DNA of 64,000 bases from Candidatus Woesearchaeota archaeon CG10_big_fil_rev_8_21_14_0_10_37_12 (GTDB lineage Archaea > Nanobdellota > Nanobdellia > Woesearchaeales > ARS49): contig PCYA01000012.1 in NCBI GenBank assembly GCA_002762795.1, positions 54,066-118,065 on the forward strand, given 5' to 3'. The notes under the pieces are model-generated. The model ran no database searches. It saw only the letters and a program-made list of their open reading frames with translations, and was not told where the DNA came from. Below are positions 37,059-46,290 of the stretch, one piece after another. Position 1 is the stretch's first letter; each line of letters starts with the position of its first letter. Position numbers and translations under genes: made by a program.

Positions 37059-39181
37059 AACAAAATAAAATAATTTGGCAATCACTCTTTCTTACGATAC
37101 TGATTTTTGCTGCAGGCATACTTATTAATCACGCACTTGATTATTATAGAATATCAACAATTACAAAAGTTATGACTGAGCATGACCTTAACACAGAAGC
37201 ATATCAAACAGAGCATTTTTTTGCAAAAACATTTCAAGAAGAAAGCTGTAATATCATGACGACCCGAGTAGCACAACTCAAAGAACAAGTAAGAAAAGTA
37301 GGGGAAGACCTCGGCACATATTCAAGATTCAGCATCTTCAAAAAAAAAGATTATGACTACCTCAAAAGAAAATACTTTCTGCTTCAGTTAAGATTCCTAG
37401 CTCTTGTCCAGGAAGTAAATAAAGAATGCAACAAACCATACTTGCCAATACTATTCTTCTATGAAATAGACCAAGATGACAGCGAAAAACAAGGATATGT
37501 GCTGCAACAATTAAGCAAAGAGTACGAGCAACAAATAATCATTCTTACCTTGGACAAAAATTACAAAGACGAACCGCTTGTACAACTCTTAGCACAAACT
37601 TATAATATAACACGAGCACCAACAATAATCCTTGAAAACACAGTTTACTCAGGATTAACTTATACAGGACAGCTTAACCAAACAATTATTGATTACTTAC
37701 GCAGACCAGATCCATATGCACAAGAACTTGATTTTAGTTTTACTCCAAAAGCAGCAGGAATTAACATAACATTACTCATTGAACAAATGGAAAATATAGC
37801 AAAAAATGAAACTGTGGATCCTTTTGCACGAGGAGACGCAACACTTATTCTTGGCAGATTAACGAATAAAAAAAGAATATGTGACAGCTTACAATTTTAT
37901 GATTTAGTTAATGCACGGAACCATGAAGAACAAGCACTTATTCATGAAACAAGCGCATCACTTGGATGCGGAAGAAACAGAAACACATTCCTACGCGCAG
38001 CAGCAAAAGAATGGAAACTTGCAGGCAACGCATACCGAGCTGATCTATTGGAGAAATTAGCAAACGGGCAAAGATTAAATCTTAAATTTGACCAACAAAC
38101 TATCAATGCAAATAATACTGTAATAAGCGGTTACAGAACATCAATCACGCCAATTCTTCCAGAAAATGCAACAACAGTAACAATTGGAAATACTACAATA
38201 ACACTCAGTTCAGGAGATATTCTTATTTCTCAAACAGACAGAGTGTACAGAGACTGGCTTGGAGGACAAATTGCCAATCCTTACGGTCCTGAAATTTTAG
38301 TTACATTCTCAGAACGATTGAAATATGATGAAACAGAATTGTTACCAGAAATCGGATGGCACGAAGGAGCACGAACAAAAGACATTAAAAAAGCTATTAA
38401 CATAACACATATCCCTGCAGTCGGAACATTGGTTGCAAAAAAAGGAAACTCATGGTATGCATCAGATGAACAAGGAATTTTTAGATTCGAAGTTCCAATT
38501 GATAAACTAATGTATCCAACAACAAGATTCTTAAGATCAGACATTGCAGTAATAATTGATTCTCACGGAGTCAACATGTTAGTTGAACAAGCAGTGCGCT
38601 ACAATGCAACTGTTGTTTTGAGTGATTGTGATCATCCAGGAAAAGTTTACGCTGCAAAATACTTAAGTGAGAAAAACATTTCAGTTATCTGCTACCCAGA
38701 CAAATACATCTATTTAGCAATCGGGCACAATTTATCTTTAATAGGAAGCCCACCAACAACACTTGGAAATGAAACAATAACTTTAGGAGGAAGACCAATA
38801 CAAATAACAACATCTGATATTATTCTTGCAGTTAATTCAACATCAGAACAATACGCATTATGGTATTACCAAACACCAACATCGTACTTTGAAGTAATTG
38901 GAGATGCAGTTCCGATTAACATACAATATTATCAATTAACAGACTTTAACCAAATGCAAAACGCAACAAAATATGCACGATCAATTAACGCAAACATTAT
39001 TGCCACGCGTGTTTTCAACAGCAACGATTACTATGCATTAACCATTTGGCTCCAAGAAAGACCAGAAAATAAAGCAATACTCTTCCACACAGCAAGTTAT
39101 CCATATGGACAGAAATTATTTAATGAATACGTAAATCAAACAAGCTTTGATGATCCGAATCCGGTGTTTGGTGAGCAGTAA
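37055..39181 (+). CDS. large membrane-anchored extracellular protein, rich in N-x-S/T sequons
   Basis: 4-nt overlap with the upstream gene and an N-terminal TM. It carries the same YDYLKRKYFLLQLRF...TRAPTIILEN module. By my count there are about 15 N-x-S/T sequons. Confidence 0.55.
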   Translation: MKQNKIIWQSLFLTILIFAAGILINHALDYYRISTITKVMTEHDLNTEAYQTEHFFAKTFQEESCNIMTTRVAQLKEQVRKVGEDLGTYSRFSIFKKKDYDYLKRKYFLLQLRFLALVQEVNKECNKPYLPILFFYEIDQDDSEKQGYVLQQLSKEYEQQIIILTLDKNYKDEPLVQLLAQTYNITRAPTIILENTVYSGLTYTGQLNQTIIDYLRRPDPYAQELDFSFTPKAAGINITLLIEQMENIAKNETVDPFARGDATLILGRLTNKKRICDSLQFYDLVNARNHEEQALIHETSASLGCGRNRNTFLRAAAKEWKLAGNAYRADLLEKLANGQRLNLKFDQQTINANNTVISGYRTSITPILPENATTVTIGNTTITLSSGDILISQTDRVYRDWLGGQIANPYGPEILVTFSERLKYDETELLPEIGWHEGARTKDIKKAINITHIPAVGTLVAKKGNSWYASDEQGIFRFEVPIDKLMYPTTRFLRSDIAVIIDSHGVNMLVEQAVRYNATVVLSDCDHPGKVYAAKYLSEKNISVICYPDKYIYLAIGHNLSLIGSPPTTLGNETITLGGRPIQITTSDIILAVNSTSEQYALWYYQTPTSYFEVIGDAVPINIQYYQLTDFNQMQNATKYARSINANIIATRVFNSNDYYALTIWLQERPENKAILFHTASYPYGQKLFNEYVNQTSFDDPNPVFGEQ

Positions 39182-39255
39182 GTAGTTTGAGGTAAGCAGT
39201 ATAAGGTGAGTGGTGAACAGTAATTGGTTCGTAGCTTGCGGTAAGAATTTAGAAC
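39171..39255 (+). repeat. GTAARCAGT-type repeat, copy R4
   Basis: The sequence gtgagcagtaagtagtttgaggtaagcagtataaggtgagtggtgaacagtaattgg...gcggtaagaatttag includes the stop codon of the upstream gene. Confidence 0.45.
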
Positions 39256-39389
39256 GTTAGCAAATTAGAAAGTGTGCATCTAATTATTATTCTTAACTGT
39301 AGATGCAACACATAAAACATCACGCTGTTATGTGGTGAACCTGCAAGGCGAACGAGGGAGCAAAGCGACCGACAGTATGACGCAGAGGA

Positions 39390-40064
39390 TCACAGACTAT
39401 CTATCATTTTAAGAATTTCAACAGCTTTTTTAGGGTCTCCTCTTCCTACTGGAAAATAACAAGGTATTATTTTTGTCTTGAAACCATTATAATCTATATC
39501 AAAAAATCTCAGTTTTCGGTTTTCCATAATTTCGAAATAATAATCCACTAATTTAATTTTTTGATTGGTCATATTTTCAAATGGAATGAGTCCAAAAGTC
39601 ACAATATATTGAGGTTGAACAATCTCAATTTCTCTTTTCAAAATTGGCAAGAACAGCTTAATTTTCTCTGAATTTGGCAAAGCAGCATCAGAGCCAGTCC
39701 ATTTTACAATATTAGTAAGATAAAATGATTTTGACTTGAGAAAATTAAGCACTTTGCCGGTAAATTCTAAAGACCAAGATTTTGAATTATTTATCTCTCC
39801 AATGAGCTCATCATTAAACATTCCAGCACGATGAAAAATTCTCCAAACAGGCTTTGTTCCAATAAAGGGAAATCTTGGTCCTTGCCAATTTTGGTCTGAA
39901 CTAATGTTTGCACGTGTTGGATTTATGAATACAAACATGATTTTTGGACGAAACATTTTGCCATTGCCCAAAATCGGTTTCAAGCTATTCTCCGGAAAAT
40001 GTTTTTGATTCAGCTCATCAACAATATTCCATAATTCGTCTAATGTTTGATGCTTTTGATACAT
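39390..40064 (-). CDS. uracil-DNA glycosylase superfamily protein
   Basis: IMFVFINPT (motif-1-like position), IVTFGLIPF and the size fit. The family subtype was not determined. TATA-like TTTATATAAAA lies ~30 nt upstream. Confidence 0.5.
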   Translation of the reverse strand: MYQKHQTLDELWNIVDELNQKHFPENSLKPILGNGKMFRPKIMFVFINPTRANISSDQNWQGPRFPFIGTKPVWRIFHRAGMFNDELIGEINNSKSWSLEFTGKVLNFLKSKSFYLTNIVKWTGSDAALPNSEKIKLFLPILKREIEIVQPQYIVTFGLIPFENMTNQKIKLVDYYFEIMENRKLRFFDIDYNGFKTKIIPCYFPVGRGDPKKAVEILKMIDSL

Positions 40065-40240
40065 ATATAATTAAGGAGAGGAGACCATTTTATATAAATT
40101 TCTGTGAGTCCCGAGAATATTGCATATAACAAGTGTTAAGAGTATACTTGATAATAAAAGCACAATTAATAAAAAAAATTATCTCCCGAATTAACATTTT
40201 CTCCAAAAACCTTAAAACCATCAACTTTATCAAAAAGTTC

Positions 40241-41653
40241 ATGTCAAAAAAACACCCTTACATAATCTTAATTATTCTGCTTCTGGCATTAATATCAAGA
40301 CTTATTTTCGTATTTACAGTCGAAGAAACATTGTGGGATTCCGGCGTTTACATTGGCATGGGAAAATACATTTACTCAGGAGGAGAAGCCGGATTATTCG
40401 AGCACATACGACCATTATTCGTGCCATTTGTACTTGGAGGAATTTGGAAACTCGGTTTTGACCCAGTGTTATTTGGCAGGCTGTTTGAAATACTATTAAT
40501 GCTGGGCATTATTTGGTTAACGTGCCAACTTGCAAACCATTGGTTTAATGAAAAAACAGGAGTTATTGCAGCAGCATTACTCGCATTCAGTCCAATTTTC
40601 TATTACTTGAGTTTTCACCAATACACAGAAATTCCAGCAGTATTTTTTAGCTTACTCGCACTCTATCTTTACACAAAAAATCGACCGATACTTACAGGAA
40701 TAACAGTAGCACTTGCATTTTACTCAAAATTTCCAGCAGGAATATTTATTATCGTATTAGGACTTATGTATTTTTCTAACAAACAATACAAACAAAGCAT
40801 CAAAACAGGAGTCACGTTTGGACTTTGTTTACTTCCTTACGTTATCTGGAATGTTATAGCTTATGGCAACCCATTCGCAACTCTTATTGCAGCAAGCAAC
40901 ACAATGAAACTAGCACTCGGATGCAATGTACTTCGCGCACAACCTTGGTGGCAATATTTTTACTGGCTGATTTTTTCTGAAACAAAAATCCACTTATTTT
41001 CAATCATAGGATTATTCTCACTTGCAAAGCAATGGAAGAAAAAACATATCTTGCTTGCAACAAGCATTATTTTGCCACTTCTTTATTTCATACAACTCCC
41101 GTGCAGAGATTACAGATATATAACCTTATTTTTGCCATTCGTCATCATTCTTACTGGACTTGGACTAGCGTGCACATACGATCTCATTACAAAAAAATTA
41201 AAAAACAAAACAAAAAACAAATTATTTATTGTGATGCTATTTGTTATACTTTTCTTAACAGCATACACAAGCTATTTGTTCTTCATAAAAAATAACCAAA
41301 CAGTAAACCCAGCAGAAAAAGGATATTATGAATATGCAGAACAAAACAACATTACGGGAGGAATATGGATAGCAAACCCAATTATTGCAGTACACACAAA
41401 CGCAAAACTTGAAAAAATATACTATCCCATTTACAAAGCAGAACTATCGCTCTCTTTTTACAATTACATAGCACAAAATCAACAAAACATTGGAGCAGTG
41501 TTTCTAGATAACTGCGGAGGCGGCATGATCTGCCCACCAAACGATGCTGTGTGTGAACAGCAAACACAACGCATTTTGTCTTCACTAAATGACAAATTTG
41601 AGCGCGTTCATGATGCAACGCATGGCAGGTGTTGGTATAGAATATGGCAGTAA
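40241..41653 (+). CDS. GT-C glycosyltransferase (family 39/ArnT-like)
   Basis: MSKKHPYIILIILLLALISRLIFVF, then the loop EETLWDSGVYIGMGKYIYSGG, about 11 TM segments and a Cys-containing C-terminal domain. The upstream GTG at 40133 is possible. Confidence 0.6.
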   Translation: MSKKHPYIILIILLLALISRLIFVFTVEETLWDSGVYIGMGKYIYSGGEAGLFEHIRPLFVPFVLGGIWKLGFDPVLFGRLFEILLMLGIIWLTCQLANHWFNEKTGVIAAALLAFSPIFYYLSFHQYTEIPAVFFSLLALYLYTKNRPILTGITVALAFYSKFPAGIFIIVLGLMYFSNKQYKQSIKTGVTFGLCLLPYVIWNVIAYGNPFATLIAASNTMKLALGCNVLRAQPWWQYFYWLIFSETKIHLFSIIGLFSLAKQWKKKHILLATSIILPLLYFIQLPCRDYRYITLFLPFVIILTGLGLACTYDLITKKLKNKTKNKLFIVMLFVILFLTAYTSYLFFIKNNQTVNPAEKGYYEYAEQNNITGGIWIANPIIAVHTNAKLEKIYYPIYKAELSLSFYNYIAQNQQNIGAVFLDNCGGGMICPPNDAVCEQQTQRILSSLNDKFERVHDATHGRCWYRIWQ

Positions 41654-41713
41654 GTCATTTTTTCGCAGATTTTCAGAGAAGTATTTATATTTCATTCTCT
41701 TTTTAGTTAATTA

Positions 41714-42229
41714 ATGCGAAACTTAACAACAGTCGCAATAGCACTAGCAGCAACAGGATGTACAGAACCAGAAATAGAACGAGAAAAACCTCCTGTTGTT
41801 ATCGCACCAGCTCCACTAACACTGGAACAAGCTGCTTTTACTCTTGACGCAAATCCTCCACAAATTGTTGAACACGGAGGTTATTTCTTCCACCAAGATG
41901 ATAGACAAATATTCGATCACGCTTCGAATTATTACAGCGGACAAATAACTTCACAAAACACACCATCATTTTTGAACTTTTACGGAAGCCCAAAACACAG
42001 TGCTGCAATGAGAAAACTTCTTCCACATGCAGATGATGATGGTAATAAAATAGTTAGCAGAGCAGAAGCAAGAAGATATAGAGAGCAAATAACCGATTTG
42101 GAAGAACAATTTATACGCGAAGGCACTCCTGACGGAAAACTTACTTTTGTTTCTGCTCCAAACCTAAAAAGAGCAACAACACTTCTTGGCGTTTCAGAAG
42201 ATAAGCATTCCACCCAGGAGGCTATGTAA
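41714..42229 (+). CDS. lipoprotein with an EF-hand-like loop
   Basis: Lipobox LAATGC. DDDGNKIVSRAE fits the D-x-D-x-[DN]-x-x-[ILV]-x-x-x-E spacing. Confidence 0.5.
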   Translation: MRNLTTVAIALAATGCTEPEIEREKPPVVIAPAPLTLEQAAFTLDANPPQIVEHGGYFFHQDDRQIFDHASNYYSGQITSQNTPSFLNFYGSPKHSAAMRKLLPHADDDGNKIVSRAEARRYREQITDLEEQFIREGTPDGKLTFVSAPNLKRATTLLGVSEDKHSTQEAM

Positions 42230-42318
42230 GCCTAAGAATTCATGAATATATCCTTTATTTAGGAGCAGCAATACATGCAGAACTAATTGATCTGGAAACA
42301 GTACGCAAAGAAAGAATT

Positions 42319-42492
42319 ATGCGAGTTAAACTTCCTGAGTTTCCATTAGACCAAAGACCTACATATGCAGCATTCCTCAAATCAATAGACAGACACGGAG
42401 ACAAAATAATAACCTGGGATGAGGCAAATACGTATGAACAAAAATTAAAAACTAAACTTGAACAAATCTCATTAGTGCGCGCCAGAAATTAA
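42319..42492 (+). CDS. possible small ORF (57 aa) with a second EF-hand-like loop
   Basis: MRVKLPEFPLDQRPTYAAFLKSIDRHGDKIITWDEANTYEQKLKTKLEQ resembles the C-terminal part of the upstream lipoprotein. It falls below the ORF-track cutoff and no SD was seen. Confidence 0.3.
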   Translation: MRVKLPEFPLDQRPTYAAFLKSIDRHGDKIITWDEANTYEQKLKTKLEQISLVRARN

Positions 42493-42953
42493 TTCTTCTT
42501 GATACGGATAATATCCCCAATAGTTAATCCAGAACCTTTGTCTTTCTCTTTACTGGAAAATAATTCGCCTTCCTTGTTTTCTTCGATTTTAATTAATTTC
42601 ACATGCAACAATTTCTCAAGTTTTTTGGCTAACATCAATGATGGGTGAAATGTACCATGTTCAAGCTTTTGCACCAGACTTTCTTTCTCATTTAATTTTC
42701 CAGCAAACTCTTTTTGCGTCAATCCGGCTTTTTCTCTTGCTTTTAAAATAATATTACCAAAATCAGAAACAATAGTTTCAACAGGGCCATCTTCGACCAG
42801 GTCTTTCTTCTTTTTTGCGGAAGCGTAAACAAATTTAGGAGCTGTAACAACTATGCCAAATTTACTACATTCTCTGCACAAAGTCATCAATATTCCTTCT
42901 ACTTTTGCTGAACACAATTCAGATGAAGCTCCGCACATATCACAGGAAGTCAT
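42489..42953 (-). CDS. mbf1: multiprotein bridging factor 1 (aMBF1)
   Basis: N-terminal zinc ribbon CDMCG...CRECSKFG and a C-terminal XRE-type HTH, LKAREKAGLTQKEFAGKLNEKESLVQKLEHG. Confidence 0.85.
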   Translation of the reverse strand: MTSCDMCGASSELCSAKVEGILMTLCRECSKFGIVVTAPKFVYASAKKKKDLVEDGPVETIVSDFGNIILKAREKAGLTQKEFAGKLNEKESLVQKLEHGTFHPSLMLAKKLEKLLHVKLIKIEENKEGELFSSKEKDKGSGLTIGDIIRIKKN

Positions 42954-42992
42954 AACTTTTCATAATCAAAAGAAATATAAAAAGATTTATGG

Positions 42993-43073
42993 TTTGAAGT
43001 AAGCGTAGACAGTAAACAGTATGCGGTAAACAGTATGAAGTAAGCGATATACAGTAAACTGTAAGAGGTTAAG
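42993..43073 (+). repeat. GTAARCAGT-type repeat, copy R5 (longest, internally duplicated)
   Basis: gaagtaagcgtagacagtaaacagtatgcggtaaacagtatgaagtaagcgatatacagtaaactgtaagaggttaagg. Confidence 0.5.
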
Positions 43074-43251
43074 GATATTGCCTATTTGTTGTCTTCTCCA
43101 AAAGCTAAACTGGCAAGGAATGCCTAACTCAAAGGTCATGCGTATTGATTTACCACTTTTTAATGACTTGAGAAATCTTTTATCGCTTTTTAGTTGACCA
43201 CTCTTAAATAGTCACGTTTGTTTTTAAACATAAATCCTCTAAAAAAAATCT

Positions 43252-44331
43252 ATGGATGAAATTCTTCAAGAACACATAAAACTCAACGCAGAACGAGGGA
43301 TGACACGCAAAGAAATACAAGAACTTTTGCTCAAATCAGGATGGACAGCAAAACAAGTAAACAAATACATAGAAAAAACATTCAAGCACCTTGAAACAGG
43401 AGTTCTTGTACGCATTCACGGTATAGCAAAAAAATTCGCAGAAAACCAAGTGCTGGAAGATGTTAATTTTGATGTTCGCGCAGGAGAAATACTTGGCTTA
43501 ATAGGCATGAGCGGCTCAGGAAAAACAACTTTGCTCAACATTCTTGTAGGATTTATCAAACCAGACAGAGGAGACGTGCTCCTTGCACTCAACAAAACAA
43601 ACCATAGCGTTGTAACAGATCCAGACACAGTAAAAAAACACATGGGCTTTTCAACACAAACACCAAGCTTTCACCCAAAACTCACAATCCGAGAAAACAT
43701 AGAACACTTCGCAACACTTTATGGATTCACAGAAGCACAACTCAACAAAAAATGCAACTCATTACTTGAACTCGTAGGACTCACATACGCACGAGACATA
43801 GAAGCATCAAAACTCAGCGGAGGAATGCAAAAAAGACTGGACATTGCCTGCGCCCTCATTCATGACCCACAAATACTAATTTTAGACGAGCCAACAGCAG
43901 ATTTAGACCCAGTCATGCGCAAACAATTATGGCAACTCATCAAAGAAATAAACAACAAAGGAACAACAATAATCTTAGCATCACATTTCCTTGCAGAAAT
44001 AGAACTGCTATGCCATAGAATAGCAATACTCCAAAACAAAAAAATTCTTGAATTAGGAACAGCCAAAGAACTACGAGACTTATACTCCAAAAATTATGAA
44101 ATATACATACAAACAGCAACAAAAGATTATCGTGAACTTATAGAGCTGCTTAAACAAAATGAACTGGTCGTAAATATTAAAAAAGATGACGATGAGCTAG
44201 TCATACAAACAACACAACCACAAAAATTACTACCAATACTCGCAAAACAACTTGCCAATGAACAAATACAAACACTGCACATTACAAGACCAACACTAGG
44301 CAACGTATTTGAAAAGGCGGTGAGCTTATGA
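43252..44331 (+). CDS. ABC transporter ATP-binding protein with N- and C-terminal extensions
   Basis: Walker A GMSGSGKTT, signature LSGGMQKRL and Walker B ILILDEPT. Confidence 0.85.
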   Translation: MDEILQEHIKLNAERGMTRKEIQELLLKSGWTAKQVNKYIEKTFKHLETGVLVRIHGIAKKFAENQVLEDVNFDVRAGEILGLIGMSGSGKTTLLNILVGFIKPDRGDVLLALNKTNHSVVTDPDTVKKHMGFSTQTPSFHPKLTIRENIEHFATLYGFTEAQLNKKCNSLLELVGLTYARDIEASKLSGGMQKRLDIACALIHDPQILILDEPTADLDPVMRKQLWQLIKEINNKGTTIILASHFLAEIELLCHRIAILQNKKILELGTAKELRDLYSKNYEIYIQTATKDYRELIELLKQNELVVNIKKDDDELVIQTTQPQKLLPILAKQLANEQIQTLHITRPTLGNVFEKAVSL

Positions 44332-46109
44332 TCTGGCCACTGGTACAAAAAAACCTAAAAAATCTACTTCGCGCAAAAACAGGAAGCTTGATCATCATTC
44401 TCGGGCCATTGCTTGTTATATTACTTGCAGGACTCGCATTTGACAACAGCAACACATACTCAGTAAAAATTGGAATACACAGAGAAGCAACAAGTACAAC
44501 AAATATGCTTGTCAACCAATTAGAAAAAACATTTGTTATCACAGAATATAAGACCCAAGAAGAATGCATTGCAGCAATAAAAAATACTGACATTAATGCT
44601 TGCATGTTATTTTCACCAGAATTCTCAATAGGCATACCAACAAAAAACCAAATTACATTCTACGTTGATTATTCACGAGTGAACTTGGTGTGGACGATAA
44701 TGAACACAATGACAGAAGAAGTAGGAGAAAAAACACTAGAAGCAAGCCAAGATCTGACCAAAGTACTTCTCAAAACAATAGATACATCGCAAAAACAAAT
44801 AACAGAACAACGTAAAACCCTTGTACAATTATCAACACAAAACGAGCTTATTGCAAAAAACACGAGAAACCTCATAGCTGAACTAACAGATATCAACCTT
44901 GAATTTGATGACGGCGAGTACCCTGTAGAAGAATTAACCAGCGCAACAACACAAGTCAAACAATGGGTAGACAACGCATTACAAATCGGCCAAGAAGGAG
45001 TAAACGAAGCAAACACTTTCTTAAGCGTAGCAGAAGAATTTTCTGCAAACGCAGCACTTACACAAGCGCAAAAAACAGCATTAGAAGAGTTCAAAGCAGA
45101 TGTAGATGATCTTAAAAAACTCAAAGAAGATCTTGCAACAACAAAACAATTAACGCAAGAATCATTTGAAAATTTCCAAGAACAAATAAATTCCCTAGTT
45201 ACAGGAATAACAAACACAAAAAACAGACTCCTTGAAGCAGACACAAGCAGAGAATACAGCATACGAATACTTGACTCAATAATACAACTACTTGATCAGA
45301 CACTAATAAATCTACTGGCAGTACAACACGCATTTAACACAATAGATACTGATATTAATAATATTCAAATAACAGATCCTAACGCAATAACACAACCAAT
45401 AGTTACAAACATCAAGCCAATAGTACAAGAAGAAACATATCTAAATTATTTGTTTCCTGTACTTATCGTTCTTATCGTTATGTTCACAGCATTGCTTGTA
45501 ACACCAACACTTATTTTAATAGAAAAACACAGCCCTGCAAACTTCAGAACATACATGACCCCTATTAAAGATGCAAGCTACATTGCTGCAACTTTTATTA
45601 CGGCAAGCATTATATTATTCTTACAAATAATAATTGTTCTTGCAATATCAAGCATATTTTTCTCAGGACAAGTATTATCAAACGCGCTCGGAGCAATAAT
45701 TCTTCTTATTATCATTAACTCGGTGTTCATCTTAATAGGCATGATCCTTGGCTACTTGTTCAACAGCGAAGAAACAGCAACACTTGCAGCAGTAAGCATC
45801 GGAGCAATACTATTGTTCATCAGCGACGTAATTATACCAATAGAAAGCATGCCAAAAATAATAGGAACGCTCGCAAATTTCAATCCATACGTCATTTCAA
45901 GCACAGTATTACGAAAAGTATTATTGTTTGATATTGGAATATTAAACGTTATACCAGACATACTAGCACTCATAGGATACATAATACTCTTTAGCCTGCT
46001 TGCAACAGGAACTTACATGATAATGAGACAATACTCGCTCCAACAACTCAGCAAGAAATTTGCACCAGTAATGGCATACGTGCATTTACCAAAAAGAAGT
46101 AAACGGTAA
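44328..46109 (+). CDS. ABC-2-type permease with a large coiled-coil extracytoplasmic domain (YhgE/Pip-like architecture)
   Basis: 4-nt overlap with the ATPase gene. One N-terminal TM, a ~330-aa Q/E/K-rich helical region, then 5 C-terminal TM segments. Confidence 0.6.
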   Translation: MIWPLVQKNLKNLLRAKTGSLIIILGPLLVILLAGLAFDNSNTYSVKIGIHREATSTTNMLVNQLEKTFVITEYKTQEECIAAIKNTDINACMLFSPEFSIGIPTKNQITFYVDYSRVNLVWTIMNTMTEEVGEKTLEASQDLTKVLLKTIDTSQKQITEQRKTLVQLSTQNELIAKNTRNLIAELTDINLEFDDGEYPVEELTSATTQVKQWVDNALQIGQEGVNEANTFLSVAEEFSANAALTQAQKTALEEFKADVDDLKKLKEDLATTKQLTQESFENFQEQINSLVTGITNTKNRLLEADTSREYSIRILDSIIQLLDQTLINLLAVQHAFNTIDTDINNIQITDPNAITQPIVTNIKPIVQEETYLNYLFPVLIVLIVMFTALLVTPTLILIEKHSPANFRTYMTPIKDASYIAATFITASIILFLQIIIVLAISSIFFSGQVLSNALGAIILLIIINSVFILIGMILGYLFNSEETATLAAVSIGAILLFISDVIIPIESMPKIIGTLANFNPYVISSTVLRKVLLFDIGILNVIPDILALIGYIILFSLLATGTYMIMRQYSLQQLSKKFAPVMAYVHLPKRSKR

Positions 46110-46140
46110 ACAGTATACGATACGCAGTAGGAAGTTCAAA
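46097..46140 (+). repeat. GTAARCAGT-type repeat, copy R6
   Basis: The sequence gaagtaaacggtaaacagtatacgatacgcagtaggaagttcaaa provides ..SKR plus the stop codon of the permease gene. Confidence 0.5.
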
Positions 46141-46143
46141 ACG

Positions 46144-46152
46144 TTTATATAT
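46144..46152 (+). promoter_or_regulatory. TATA-like box positioned for a leaderless transcript starting at the cysS leader mini-ORF
   Basis: TTTATATAT is centred ~26 nt upstream of the ATG at 46174. Confidence 0.5.
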
Positions 46153-46173
46153 TTCAGGCATACTTTAATTTTT

Positions 46174-46215
46174 ATGCAAACACAAACTAAAAACGTAAAA
46201 TGTTGTTGTTGCTAG
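46174..46215 (+). CDS. candidate leader peptide MQTQTKNVKCCCC upstream of cysS
   Basis: ATG CAA ACA CAA ACT AAA AAC GTA AAA TGT TGT TGT TGC TAG: four consecutive Cys codons directly before the stop, 75 nt upstream of the cysS ATG. Confidence 0.65.
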   Translation: MQTQTKNVKCCCC

Positions 46216-46242
46216 TTCTTAGACCATACATAAAATTCACTG

Positions 46243-46253
46243 TTTTTCTTTTT
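46243..46253 (+). terminator. T5-C-T5 tract between the leader mini-ORF and cysS (candidate regulated terminator)
   Basis: TTTTTCTTTTT. Oligo-T is the archaeal intrinsic termination signal. Confidence 0.4.
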
Positions 46254-46290
46254 GCCAAGATTAATAAACACATAATGAGGTACGAGTAAC

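Noticed and set aside
39280-39389. GC-richer stretch with two hairpins (TGCATCTA..TAGATGCA and CACATAA..TTATGTG) between convergent genes, considered as a possible small RNA.
   Set aside because: There is no second copy, no recognisable RNA family motif and no promoter-like box. The evidence is insufficient.
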